From positions 32,529 through 96,528 of the forward strand of contig JALVDV010000010.1 of the NCBI GenBank assembly GCA_027008775.1: 64,000 nucleotides of DNA. The letters run 5' to 3'. The position numbers were made by a program, and so were the translations under genes. The DNA comes from Candidatus Moraniibacteriota bacterium (GTDB lineage: Bacteria; Patescibacteriota; Minisyncoccia; Moranbacterales; DUUL01). Numbering within the stretch: position 1 is the stretch's first letter; each line of letters starts with the position of its first letter. Under the pieces are notes generated by a model, which was not told where the DNA came from, searched no databases, and was given only the letters and a program-made list of their open reading frames with translations. Below, piece by piece: positions 45,191 to 55,004 of this stretch.

Positions 45191-46597
45191 TTATTTTGCT
45201 TTTTCGGTTGTTTTGCTTTTCTCGGTTTTTGCTTCTTTCTTGGATTTTGCTTTCCGGCCGGTTGCTTTCTTCTCTTCTTTTTTCTCTCCTTTCTGCCCCT
45301 CATCTTTTCCTTTGTCTTTTGCGCTTGGTTTTGCTTTTGCTTTTTCCTCTTCTTTGCTTTCAGCACCCTTTTTGTCTGCAGTTGATTTTTCCTCCGGTTG
45401 AGCAGACTTTTTTTCTTCGCTTTCTTGAGGGCTTGATACTTTTTTCTTCTTGTCTATTTCGCCGACGAATTTTAACCCCATACGGTGAGCGTTTGGCTCC
45501 AAAGACATCACTTTCCAGATATATTTTTTGTCAATTTCCACAATTTCGTCTATGCCTTTTTTGGGGTAACCGGGAAAACCACTGACATGCGCCAAACCGT
45601 GAATATCATCATCTAAATAAACAAAGGCGCCAAAGTGATTGATTTTATCAACTCTTCCTTCGTACTCTCCGCCAACCTTATATTTCTTTTCCACCGACAT
45701 CCAAGGATCATTTTTTAAGTCTCTGATAGAAAGGGAGATTCTGGTGCCGTCAATGGAAATTATTTTGGCTTTCACCCTATCACCAACCTTGACCACGTCG
45801 CGCGGATTGTCAATCAATTGCCAATCCAATTGAGAAATATGAACCAGTCCCTCCAATTCATCTTCTTCCGAGCCGGTTTTCTGTTTGGAAGGAGGCAAGA
45901 ATTTAATAAAGGCGCCAAAGTCAACCACACCACTAATTTCACCTTCCACAATATCGCCAACTTTGAATTCGGAAATCAGTTCCTTCTCTTTGTCTTTGTA
46001 GGCTTCTTTCTCCGAAACGATTAGTTTATCCTCTTCTTCGTCGGCCACCAGGATGCAGACGTTCATTTCCGTGTCAACGTAAGACTTTAAAATTTCCAAA
46101 ATTTTGTTTTTGTCTCCATCTTCTACACGCGGATAATGTTCGGAGGTTAATTGACTGACGGGCATAAAACCGCGAATTCCGTTTATTTCCACCATTAGTC
46201 CACCCTTGTTGGCGTCCAATATTCTTACCTTGATAACTTCTTTATTTTCTTGTTTTTCTCTCAAGTCTTTCCAGGCCTCCTCTTTAACAGCTTCGGCAAT
46301 GGAAAGTTCAACATAGCCTTCTTCGTTTTCCGGCAAAACAACGGCGGCGGTGATTTTGTCACCGATACCCAACTTCCTTTGTTGTAAACCAAAACCTTCT
46401 TTGATTTCCTTGCCGTAAATTATGCCGGCGCCAAAATTGCCCAAATCAACATAGGCAGCGTGACTGGTGATATCAACGATGGTTCCTTCTACCTTATCAC
46501 CCTCTTTCAAAGGACGCACCGGCTCTTCTTTTAAAAGGTTAGCCAGTTCCGATTCTTTGGTTTTAACTGATTTTTTCGTTTTCTCTTGAACGGTCAT
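45191..46597 (-). CDS. rpsA: 30S ribosomal protein S1 (four S1 domains) with a roughly 90-aa K/E/A-rich C-terminal tail
   Basis: Repeated S1 OB-fold modules (GDKVEGTIVDITSHAAYVDLG..., VGDIVEGEISGVVDFGAFIKF..., GGEYEGRVDKINHFGAFVYL...). Confidence 0.85.
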   Translation of the reverse strand: MTVQEKTKKSVKTKESELANLLKEEPVRPLKEGDKVEGTIVDITSHAAYVDLGNFGAGIIYGKEIKEGFGLQQRKLGIGDKITAAVVLPENEEGYVELSIAEAVKEEAWKDLREKQENKEVIKVRILDANKGGLMVEINGIRGFMPVSQLTSEHYPRVEDGDKNKILEILKSYVDTEMNVCILVADEEEDKLIVSEKEAYKDKEKELISEFKVGDIVEGEISGVVDFGAFIKFLPPSKQKTGSEEDELEGLVHISQLDWQLIDNPRDVVKVGDRVKAKIISIDGTRISLSIRDLKNDPWMSVEKKYKVGGEYEGRVDKINHFGAFVYLDDDIHGLAHVSGFPGYPKKGIDEIVEIDKKYIWKVMSLEPNAHRMGLKFVGEIDKKKKVSSPQESEEKKSAQPEEKSTADKKGAESKEEEKAKAKPSAKDKGKDEGQKGEKKEEKKATGRKAKSKKEAKTEKSKTTEKAK

Positions 46598-46821
46598 ATT
46601 AGATTGTTATTTTGCAAATATTAAAAATGCGTACAGACCATACGCGTTTAAAAAAATATTCGCAATGGTTAATTATTAGATTGTGTTTTTAACACAGGGA
46701 AATTATATATTTTTTGGAAACAAAAGTCAAGGTCAAATCTGTTAGAGTAATTGAGGTGTGCCAACAAGAAAGAATCGCAAATGACTAACCTTTGCCTTTG
46801 CGAAAATTGAAACTGCGAATG

Positions 46822-47424
46822 CTAATGATTCACCCTTTTCTCTGGCAAGGACGCTATATTGTCCGGTAGAAATTTCGGAATGACTTTTTTTCTTCTCAAA
46901 TCTTTCAGTTTGTATACTATAACATCAGCTATTTCTTCTGCCAGTTTGTGAATAAATTTTTTGTATTTTTCTTTTTCCAATTTGGCATCGGGCATATCTC
47001 CGGCTTGAATAACAAAATCGGCTTTGGCGTGACTTTTGTGAGGGTTGATGGTGACGTCCAAAGAGACAACGATTTTACCTTCACCAGTTTCTACTATTAA
47101 AATTCCGTCAACTCCATGGAAGTAATCAAGAGGCGTATATAAACTGGAATAATAGCCAACTTTATCAAAGTCAACCAGACTGTTCAAAACACCTTTTTTA
47201 TGTAGGGCTTCCACTACAGAAGCATGTAAATCGGAGGCAATTGGTTTATCGGGATTGTAGGGATTGGAAACATGACAATCCATGGCCAATCGCAATGCTT
47301 TTTTGTAGGGTAAATATCCTCTTCTTTTAAACTCTGCAAATAAAGGGTGCTCTTTTATTTTTTCGGGATCCGGTTGGGAGAAAAACATCTTCTCCACTAA
47401 ACCGCCGGTTGGTCCGAAAGACAT
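46822..47424 (-). CDS. hypothetical protein (200 aa)
   Basis: Well-formed ORF with mixed composition; no family recognised. Confidence 0.45.
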   Translation of the reverse strand: MSFGPTGGLVEKMFFSQPDPEKIKEHPLFAEFKRRGYLPYKKALRLAMDCHVSNPYNPDKPIASDLHASVVEALHKKGVLNSLVDFDKVGYYSSLYTPLDYFHGVDGILIVETGEGKIVVSLDVTINPHKSHAKADFVIQAGDMPDAKLEKEKYKKFIHKLAEEIADVIVYKLKDLRRKKVIPKFLPDNIASLPEKRVNH

Positions 47425-47536
47425 ACTTGGTAGATTAAATATTTATGAATAAACTATAAGGATTTATTTCAGTAATTTTCTCGGGCTAGAAATTTTATTT
47501 AACTTATTTAGGACCCTGCTAAATCTTTTGTCCATT

Positions 47537-47632
47537 AAGCTTTCCGGGTGTTATTTTCTACCTGATGTTTTGACACTTAATTGATTAAAGAAGGAGCCAA
47601 ACACATGTCCGAAAACAACATCCGGAAAGCTT
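47537..47632. repeat. copy 2 of the inverted-repeat intergenic element (AAGCTTTCCGGGTGTTATTTTC ... GAAAACAACATCCGGAAAGCTT)
   Basis: About 85% identity to 23572-23666 across the 22-bp terminal repeats and the inner hairpin. Confidence 0.55.
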
Positions 47633-47828
47633 GACTGAATATCAGAAAGGAAAAACTGTAGATGAGTTTATTAGCATTTCCATAATAGGCGACTGCAAAG
47701 AAAATGTAAACACTTGATTATTTAAGTGAACTGTTTGTCAATTATTTTTGCAAAATAAAAGACCGCCGGCATTGGTTGTTTTACAAAAAATCTCGGCATA
47801 ATATTGAGGGCAAATTTATTTTTGACTT

Positions 47829-49121
47829 TTAGCTCTTTTTAACTAAGGAGGAAATTTCTACTCTGTAAAAAACAAGCAAAGCAAATTTGCTAAGAGTGAG
47901 AGTGAGAAACAGACTAGAAATGGAAAAAAGATTGAGTCGCCAAATAATGAAAATGACAAAAGCGAAAACAAAAAGACTAAGCAGACCGCCCCAGTTTTGG
48001 TAACGGTAGCCCTCTTTGGAATGACTGGCTAAAATCCAGCCGTAAAGATTGGCGCTGAGATGAAAAAGGAAATAAAAGCCGAGAATAAAAAGCCAAGTCC
48101 AGTGCAAGGGATATTCTTTGCCAAAGAGGAAGAGAAGAAGGCGCGCCCCTAAGATGTAAGCGAACAAAATGGGTAAGCTTAATTTTAAAATAAAACGATT
48201 GACTTTATTGATCAGTTCTTTTTTATTTTTTATTTCATTGATTGAAGGAAAATAAACGTTAACCAAAAGCTGAATTAAACGGGCACTCAGTAAAATGGAA
48301 ATGGTGTAGTAAGCGGAATAGATTCCCAGTTGATAGGCGCCTAAGAGTCCGGCAACAATCAATTTGTCAAAACCTTTGAAGCCGATAGTGGTCAGACTAT
48401 TGATAATCCCCCAGCGAGAATAATGAAAAATTTTCTTGAGATGAGACCATTGTAGCAAATTCGATTGAATGTATTTTTTAATCTTTAAAAAATAAATTGT
48501 CAGCAGAACCAGTCCGCCCGTAACCAAAGCGATTAAGTAGCTTTGGTAAACAACTTTTCGCCAAATAAAAATAATGATAATTAGTAGCGAAAGAACAATT
48601 ATCCCTTCGCCTATTTTAACCAAAGCTTGGTAACGAAATTTTTTCAAGCCGCGAATGATAGCCTCGCTAATTCTCTTGCCGGCAATAATAGTGGCCAAAA
48701 ACCAAACCCAAAAAAGAGGCGGGTGGGAAAATGAGTAAAAATAATCTATCAATTTATAAATCGCCAAGCCGAAAAAAATAACGGTGACATAAATCAGAAA
48801 AGCCAGCCCCAGGGAATTGGTGATTTCTTTTTTTCTGGTTTTAATTTCTTTGGCGCGAGAAACAAAATAAGTGATGCCCACATCACTGTCTAAAACCAAA
48901 AGAATGGCTAAAATGTTGGCTAAGGCCAAAATCAAATTGTATTTTCCGTACTCTTCGGGACCCAACCAACGACCGGCCAGAATATTAGCTAAAAACAAAA
49001 AAGCGAAAGCCAACAAGCCTCCACCCATGGACCAAAAACTGTTCTGTAAAAATCGCCGAGCGTTTTCTCCCATGGGCTGACGAAAAATTAGTTGGTAAAA
49101 ATAGTTAGCTAGTTTAAACAT
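47829..49121 (-). CDS. polysaccharide biosynthesis protein / oligosaccharide flippase (Wzx-like, MOP superfamily)
   Basis: 430-aa protein with about 12-14 TM helices and organisation typical of Wzx/RfbX flippases. Confidence 0.6.
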   Translation of the reverse strand: MFKLANYFYQLIFRQPMGENARRFLQNSFWSMGGGLLAFAFLFLANILAGRWLGPEEYGKYNLILALANILAILLVLDSDVGITYFVSRAKEIKTRKKEITNSLGLAFLIYVTVIFFGLAIYKLIDYFYSFSHPPLFWVWFLATIIAGKRISEAIIRGLKKFRYQALVKIGEGIIVLSLLIIIIFIWRKVVYQSYLIALVTGGLVLLTIYFLKIKKYIQSNLLQWSHLKKIFHYSRWGIINSLTTIGFKGFDKLIVAGLLGAYQLGIYSAYYTISILLSARLIQLLVNVYFPSINEIKNKKELINKVNRFILKLSLPILFAYILGARLLLFLFGKEYPLHWTWLFILGFYFLFHLSANLYGWILASHSKEGYRYQNWGGLLSLFVFAFVIFIIWRLNLFSISSLFLTLTLSKFALLVFYRVEISSLVKKS

Positions 49122-49123
49122 AA

Positions 49124-50404
49124 TTATTTATACTTAGCAATGACTTCTTGATAAACTTGTATCAGCTTTTGATAATATTTCTCTTCGTTATTGATTTCCT
49201 TGACCCTCTCAACGGCTTTTTCTCCCATTTTTCCGGTGGCGGATAGATCGCTAAGCATTGTTTTGATTTTTTCCGCCAGATCATCCGCTTGACCGGCTTG
49301 AAAAATCAAACCGCTTTTTCCATCCTCAATCATTTCCGGAGTACCGCCCAAGTGGGAAACGACTACCGGGGTACCAAAAGCCATGGATTCGGAAATGGCT
49401 ACGGGAGAATTATCATACCAAATGGAAGGCAAGACGGTAAAACGCGCTTTTTGAAATAATTTAACCCATTCCGGACTGTTTTTCGGCAAAAAACCTTTAA
49501 ATTTTACCAGCTTTTCAATTTTTAACTGCCGAGCTAGCTTTTTTAGATTTTCTTCTTCCGGTCCTTGTCCGACAATCAGCAATTTGTGATTGAATAAATT
49601 ATTTTCTTTTTGCAAAATAGCAATAGCTTCCAAAAGTGTATTCAATCCTTTCTCTTCCGAAATTCGCCCGACATAAGCAAAATAATTTTCTTTGGCAAAA
49701 CTAGGTTGAAAATTAGAAAAGTTTAAAACATTTCTTAATAAAATCATTTTTTCACGAGGAAAGCCAAAAGAGCTTACTTTCTCAATCATAAAATTGCTGG
49801 GGGCCAAGAAGCGGTCAATCAAATCGTAGGATTTTTTCCAGCGGTGATAATAGGCTTCCAACATAGCCACAGCGCTGACGGCGTAAGAATTTTTCAAACA
49901 TTTGTGGCGAACGGCATTGTAATATTTTCCGCCCCGACAGCGTTCACAAATTTTACCTTTGGTAAACAATTTATAATTGGGGCAAATAATTTTGTAATCG
50001 GAAAGTTTAAAAACTATAGGAATGTTATGTTTTTTAAGTGTGGAAAAAATGGCCGGGGTAAGATAATGATAAATATTATGAATATGCGCCACTTCCGGTT
50101 GCGTGTCTTGAATGAGTTGCTCCAGTTTTTTTTGCGCTTCTCGGTTATGAATGGAACGAAGAGCCAATTTAATTTTTTCCGGAAAATTTTTTGTTTGATT
50201 AATGTCAAAATGGGAAACAAAATAGCGGGAATATCCGGAAGCTTCGTTGCTTTCATCTTGCATAGAAAAAACAATTACTTGGTGTCCCTTCTTTTCCAAT
50301 AGTTTTTTGGTTTCAAAAAAAGCGGAAACTGAACCACCTCCTCGTTGACGGCTAAAATATTTATGAATTTGCAGAATGCGCATAAAGGCAAATTTAATTG
50401 TCAA
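49124..50404 (-). CDS. glycosyltransferase family 4 (GT-B, group 1)
   Basis: C-terminal GT4 signature (FAYVGRISEEKG..., PSIWYDNSPVAISESMAFGTPVVVSHLGGTPEMIEDGKSGLIF). Confidence 0.8.
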   Translation of the reverse strand: MTIKFAFMRILQIHKYFSRQRGGGSVSAFFETKKLLEKKGHQVIVFSMQDESNEASGYSRYFVSHFDINQTKNFPEKIKLALRSIHNREAQKKLEQLIQDTQPEVAHIHNIYHYLTPAIFSTLKKHNIPIVFKLSDYKIICPNYKLFTKGKICERCRGGKYYNAVRHKCLKNSYAVSAVAMLEAYYHRWKKSYDLIDRFLAPSNFMIEKVSSFGFPREKMILLRNVLNFSNFQPSFAKENYFAYVGRISEEKGLNTLLEAIAILQKENNLFNHKLLIVGQGPEEENLKKLARQLKIEKLVKFKGFLPKNSPEWVKLFQKARFTVLPSIWYDNSPVAISESMAFGTPVVVSHLGGTPEMIEDGKSGLIFQAGQADDLAEKIKTMLSDLSATGKMGEKAVERVKEINNEEKYYQKLIQVYQEVIAKYK

Positions 50405-50474
50405 ATTTAATCGGTGTGCTACACTAAAAATGTTAAATCTCCGGCTATTCTAGCATAAAAAAGCACTTAAATCA

Positions 50475-51821
50475 ATGAATCTGCTTGATAAAAAAATAAA
50501 TTTAATTTTATTGATAATCGGTTGGCTGACAATCTTTTTTTTCGGTCTATTGTCGCCTTGGGGTTGGGTACAAACCATTGGCCTTTTGTCAGTTTGGTTT
50601 TTGCTTTTTCTTTTTTTAAACAATCCCCTCTTCGGCTTGCTGACTGTTCTTTTTTTGCGTCCCCTGGCAGACAAATTTTCTTCATTGGAATTTGGCTTGC
50701 CCTTTTCCGACAATCTGTCCGTCAAACTATCATCTTTTCTGGGAATTTTTGTTGTCGCTTTAGCCCTGCTCTATTTTTTGAAAAGAAAAGTAAAATTTTG
50801 GCGCTTTCCTTTTTTTAAGGTGTGGTTTTTTCTCGGAACCGTTTTGGCGGTAAGTGTTTTTTATTCTCTGGACCCTTATTTAAGTTTTTACGAATTTTTG
50901 AGAGTTGTCAGCATCTCTGTCTTTTTTTTCTTGATGTATGATTTAGGCAAAACGCCGACTAACCGTCGGAAAATTATTCGGACAATTTTTTGGGCTTCGC
51001 TTCTGCCAATGTTGCTGGCATTTTATCAATTATTGACCCACAGCGGATTGGGCGGAACCAGCGGAATAGAGAGCCGGCTTTACGGATCTTTCAGTCATCC
51101 AAATTCTTTTGCCTCTTTTCTGATCATCATTCTTTCATTGGCTTTTTGGAAACTGGATACGATAAAGAAAAGTGGAAAGAAGATTCTTTTCTTCTCTTTA
51201 TTTTTTCTGGCTCTATTTTTGCTGTTAGAAACTTTTAGCCGAGGAGCCTGGCTGGCTGTTATGACCTTTTTCTTTTTGTACGGAATCCTAAAATCGCCTA
51301 AAATAATTTTCGCTTTGTTCAGTTTGGGGATAGTTTTATTCTTGTTTGTACCCGGTTTTCACGACCGAGTGGAAGATATTTACAATCCCCCGGCGGACAG
51401 CTCCATTGTTTGGCGTTTACAGAAGTGGCAAAGGGTTTTGGCGGTAACTAAAAAACATCCTTGGTTGGGCGCCGGCGCCGGCACGGAAGTGGCAGTGCAT
51501 GAGAAAGAATATGGCTTTTACGCCGGCAACCCCTATACTCACAATGATTTCCTAAAACTTTTTTTGGAAAATGGTCTTTTGGGTTTAACCGCTTTTATTT
51601 TTCTGTTGTCTTCCACTCTTTTTCAATTACTTAAAAAATATTTATCTTTGACAAATGACTCTGAGAAAAAATTTGTTTTGACAATTATACTTTTGTTGCT
51701 GGCGGAAACGGTCTTTTCTTTGAGTAGTAATATTTGGCGAGGAACGGCCACTATGTGGTTTTTGTGGACATTGATTGCTTTGGCCTTGAGTTTGAAAGCG
51801 AGTGACGCTCAAAAATCTTGA
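50475..51821 (+). CDS. O-antigen ligase / Wzy-like polymerase family membrane protein
   Basis: About 12 TM helices with the Wzy_C-like periplasmic loop (FSRGAWLAVMTFFFL...) and C-terminal TPR-like tail. Confidence 0.55.
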   Translation: MNLLDKKINLILLIIGWLTIFFFGLLSPWGWVQTIGLLSVWFLLFLFLNNPLFGLLTVLFLRPLADKFSSLEFGLPFSDNLSVKLSSFLGIFVVALALLYFLKRKVKFWRFPFFKVWFFLGTVLAVSVFYSLDPYLSFYEFLRVVSISVFFFLMYDLGKTPTNRRKIIRTIFWASLLPMLLAFYQLLTHSGLGGTSGIESRLYGSFSHPNSFASFLIIILSLAFWKLDTIKKSGKKILFFSLFFLALFLLLETFSRGAWLAVMTFFFLYGILKSPKIIFALFSLGIVLFLFVPGFHDRVEDIYNPPADSSIVWRLQKWQRVLAVTKKHPWLGAGAGTEVAVHEKEYGFYAGNPYTHNDFLKLFLENGLLGLTAFIFLLSSTLFQLLKKYLSLTNDSEKKFVLTIILLLLAETVFSLSSNIWRGTATMWFLWTLIALALSLKASDAQKS

Positions 51822-51878
51822 CGCAGTTCTTTGTTCGCAATTTTTTTAGAGTTTAAAACCTCCAAATAAAATTTAAGG

Positions 51879-52619
51879 CTACAAGTAATCATTAAGTAAG
51901 TTTTGTGTCTTCTTGAGGTTTTGTTGTAAGAGTTCAAATTTTTTTTGCAATAACTCTTTTTCCAACAGCGCCGGGTTTTTGACGAGCAAAAACATGTTGA
52001 GAGCAGATGTTAAGCTGTGAATATAATTGGAACTTTTGCGCGCTTCCCAAAAAGCTAAAGGGAGCGGACTTCCTTTTCCCAGCCAAAGCAGAACACTTAG
52101 ATCATCGTGAAAAGCTCGGGTGGCATAACTCATCTCCAAAGCGATTTCATCCATTTCCCGCGTTTGTTGCAAGATTTTCTTTTTTTCTGAAACAGACAGA
52201 GTTTTACCGGAGATATCTGAAATTTCTTTGTTTAGAATATCTTTTAAGAAATCGGCTTGCTGAGAGAGGTTGTTTAATTTTTGCCAATGGTGATTGGTTT
52301 CCTTTTGCAAAAGAAAAACGGCAGTTTCTGAAATTAAAAAAGCGCCGACAAAAAAAAGAATGATGTAAAGAATTATTTGCAGGCATTTTTTGAGCCGGCG
52401 TAGAAATCTTTTCTTATTTTTCCCCGTTGGTCTTTTGTTGTTGTTTTGTCGGGAAAATTTTCTTTTGATTTTTTTGGGGCTGAACTTACGAGGAGTTGCT
52501 TGGTTTTTTCTATTTTTTTTGCTTTTTGTCCCGGAAGAATTTTTCTTGCGCAAAAAATTATCAAAAGCGCCGGCCTTTGTTTTTGTTTTTCTTTTTGCTT
52601 GTTTTTTTATTTTAGTCAT
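51879..52619 (-). CDS. hypothetical basic, membrane-anchored protein. The track ORF runs to 52754, but the 5-prime part is promoter/repeat sequence; start is probably the Met at about 52619
   Basis: MTKIKKQAKRKTKTK... K/R-rich N-terminus, one TM (IILYIILFFVGAFLI), helical C-terminal part. Confidence 0.45.
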   Translation of the reverse strand: MTKIKKQAKRKTKTKAGAFDNFLRKKNSSGTKSKKNRKNQATPRKFSPKKIKRKFSRQNNNKRPTGKNKKRFLRRLKKCLQIILYIILFFVGAFLISETAVFLLQKETNHHWQKLNNLSQQADFLKDILNKEISDISGKTLSVSEKKKILQQTREMDEIALEMSYATRAFHDDLSVLLWLGKGSPLPLAFWEARKSSNYIHSLTSALNMFLLVKNPALLEKELLQKKFELLQQNLKKTQNLLNDYL

Positions 52620-52652
52620 CAAGAATTTTCCTTGTTTGATTTTTATGGTTTT

Positions 52653-52680
52653 ATTATAGCAGTCGTTGGGGAAAAGACAA
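52653..52680 (-). promoter_or_regulatory. copy A of a duplicated promoter-like segment (minus strand TTGTCT-16nt-TATAAT); left direct repeat of the cassette
   Basis: ATTATAGCAGTCGTTGGGGAAAAGACAA is identical to 55005-55032. Flanking similarity extends to about 65 bp, including a degenerate copy of the mntA start codon region. Confidence 0.45.
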
Positions 52681-52792
52681 TTAAAAAGGGCTAACGGGCG
52701 GAAACCAGTTATGGGCGCTTTTGGAAAGAATGGACAAAAAAGAGTTTTTGCCAAGCCACTTCGGCTTAACGCTTTTCTTTTTGCCTTCTTTT

Positions 52793-53923
52793 CTAGATAA
52801 CAAACTTCAAATAATTTTCTCTGTTGATTATTTGGTACTCGGCATCACTATAAGTTTTCAACCAGTCCGCCGGCGCCGGAGATTTTTTATCTCCCCATTT
52901 AAATTCGTAACCAAACAATTTATTTTCCCGCTCTTCTACCAAATCAATTTCCTTTTGGTCCCAGGTTCTCCAAAAATAAGTGTTAGCATAAATCCCGGTA
53001 TAAGTTCGTTTTTTCAGTCTTTCCATAAAAAGAAAATTTTCCCACAGTTGCCCCATGTCGTCTCTTCTGTCAAGGGAATTAAAATTGGAGATTATAGCGT
53101 TTCTGATTCCGTTATCATAAAAATAATAACGAGAAGTTTTGGTCACCTCTTTACGTAAATTTCTGGAAAATCCTCTCACATTAAAAATTATAAAAGACTT
53201 TTCCAATAAATCTAAATATCTTTCCACTGTCCGCAAATTAATATCCAAACTATTAGCCAATTCATTAAAAGATACTTCTTGTCCAATTTGAAAAGCCAAA
53301 AGCACCAGCAACTTTCTTAGCAATTTGGAATCTTTAACTTTTTCAAACTCCAAAATATCTTTCAAAAGATAAGTGTTAACCAAAGTTTCCAACTTGGCAA
53401 TTTTATCTTTGATATTTTTGGTGGCTAAAATTTCCGGATAGCTTCCATAAATCATGAAATCCGGCAACTGCTGTTCCAGTTTTCCCAAAGAATACATTTT
53501 AGCCAATTCCAACTGCGCTATGGGGTATAAGCGCAAATCTTTCATTCGTCCCACCAAGGGTTCGCCGACTTGACCAGCCAATTCAAAACTGGCTGATCCC
53601 GTTACAATGACATTTATTTTTTCAAAAGAATCTACAATTAATTTTAAAGCCTCGCCAATGTTAGGCACTTTTTGCGCTTCATCCACTACTAACAAATCAT
53701 ATCCGCTCAAATTTTTTTCCAACTGGCTTAAACGCAGTGAGCCTAACCAATCGTGCAAATCCAAATCTCCTCCGTTTTCAAAACGATATTTTAATTTGGT
53801 TTTCTTTAAAAAATCTTTTACCAAAGTAGTTTTTCCCACCTGACGCGGTCCTAAAACCACCAAAACTTTGTTCGGTTCCAGCAATTTGGAAAGATTGTAG
53901 GCGCGTAAAAATTTCGTTGCCAT
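52793..53923 (-). CDS. AAA+ ATPase of the COG1373 / AAA_14 + DUF4143 family
   Basis: Walker A GPRQVGKTTL, Walker B LLVVDEAQ, and a C-terminal DUF4143-like region. Confidence 0.75.
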   Translation of the reverse strand: MATKFLRAYNLSKLLEPNKVLVVLGPRQVGKTTLVKDFLKKTKLKYRFENGGDLDLHDWLGSLRLSQLEKNLSGYDLLVVDEAQKVPNIGEALKLIVDSFEKINVIVTGSASFELAGQVGEPLVGRMKDLRLYPIAQLELAKMYSLGKLEQQLPDFMIYGSYPEILATKNIKDKIAKLETLVNTYLLKDILEFEKVKDSKLLRKLLVLLAFQIGQEVSFNELANSLDINLRTVERYLDLLEKSFIIFNVRGFSRNLRKEVTKTSRYYFYDNGIRNAIISNFNSLDRRDDMGQLWENFLFMERLKKRTYTGIYANTYFWRTWDQKEIDLVEERENKLFGYEFKWGDKKSPAPADWLKTYSDAEYQIINRENYLKFVI

Positions 53924-54115
53924 ATTTTATCGCTTGAATTATCAAAAAATCTTTTTCATTCAGTTCCAACAATAGCATATTACACAAATTTAGTCAATTT
54001 TGTGTAGTCTGACTGCATAAAATTAGTTTATTTTGTGTAGTTTGCCCAATTTGTTCAAAAAATGTTTAGAAAACAGTTGTTGGGAAAAAGATAAAACGAT
54101 AAAGACAAGCTTTCT

Positions 54116-54568
54116 CTATGCTTGTTTTTTTATAAATTCCAAAATATATTGGCAATATTGGTTATAATCTTGCAAACAATCTTGCAAAGACGAGTAAACG
54201 CTAGCTAAACTCACTTTATCATATTCGTGAATCAAAATATTTCGCAAGCCAACACTTTGACTGATTTTTTCAGCGAAGTCTAGCGGATAAACATTTAATT
54301 TAGCTAATTGGGTAAAAGTTTCCTCATAAGTCAGAGGAATATTTTTTTGAGAAGAAGACTTTAGTTGATTTTGATCGGTTTCAGCTAAAATATGCTGGTT
54401 GATATCAATGGCTCGATTAACCACCCTTTCCAAATATCTTTCCAAAGCAGCTTGTTTAATCGAATCTTGAGAAATTTTTTTCAATGGCAAGCTTTGGAGA
54501 GGAGCGATATTTTCCAGTTCTTCCTGAATTAAATTGATTTTGCGTTGGATGAATTTTTTGTCCAGCAT
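54116..54568 (-). CDS. hepT: HEPN-domain toxin HepT (DUF86 family)
   Basis: Rx4HxY motif RNILIHEYDKV near the C-terminus, 150 aa, directly downstream of an MNT gene. Confidence 0.8.
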   Translation of the reverse strand: MLDKKFIQRKINLIQEELENIAPLQSLPLKKISQDSIKQAALERYLERVVNRAIDINQHILAETDQNQLKSSSQKNIPLTYEETFTQLAKLNVYPLDFAEKISQSVGLRNILIHEYDKVSLASVYSSLQDCLQDYNQYCQYILEFIKKQA

Positions 54569-54626
54569 ATTTTTTAATCAAACATTTTATTGAGATGTTT
54601 TTGTCTTTTTTGGACCAAAATTTTTT

Positions 54627-54998
54627 CTAAGTTAAACAGTCTTTGAGCATCGTGATACTCTCGAAAAGCCACCGCTTGTTCTTCGTGAAATAAAAGTTGG
54701 TCGCCAAAAAGCAATTGGCCGTCGCGAAAAAATAATGTTGTAAGAGAGGATTGGCATCATTTAAATTGGTGAGATCCAGTTTTTCCAAAGGAATATTTAA
54801 ACTTTCTGCCAGCAAGGAAGCCACTTGGGAGTATTGGTCAAAAGATTGGCTGATTTCTTTTCCGCGCGCCATTAAAACAGCCACATCGTAGTCGCTTTCC
54901 GCTTGCGCTTGCCCGGTAGCTTGAGAACCGAATAAAATTACCAACTTAATTCCCAAATCCGGCGTTTCTTTCTTTAGTTTTGCGTGATTGATTTTCAT
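54627..54998 (-). CDS. mntA: minimal nucleotidyltransferase antitoxin MntA, apparently frameshifted near 54730
   Basis: GS...DYDVAV nucleotidyltransferase motif (LFGSQATGQAQAESDYDVAVL). After ...ANPLLQHYFF the MNT-like sequence continues in the +1 frame (RDGQLLFGDQLLFHEEQAVAFREYHDAQRLFNLEK...MFD, stop at about 54573, 5 nt before hepT). The shift falls in a T6 homopolymer. Confidence 0.6.
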   Translation of the reverse strand: MKINHAKLKKETPDLGIKLVILFGSQATGQAQAESDYDVAVLMARGKEISQSFDQYSQVASLLAESLNIPLEKLDLTNLNDANPLLQHYFFATANCFLATNFYFTKNKRWLFESITMLKDCLT

Positions 54999-55004
54999 AA
55001 ATTC

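Noticed and set aside
45163-45585. Several overlapping ORFs (45163-45585 +, 45175-45366 -, 45182-45385 +, 45213-45401 +) at the rpsA 3-prime end
   Set aside because: All arise from the K/E/A-rich low-complexity tail of S1 read in other frames or in antisense. Only the rpsA frame continues into conserved S1 domains.
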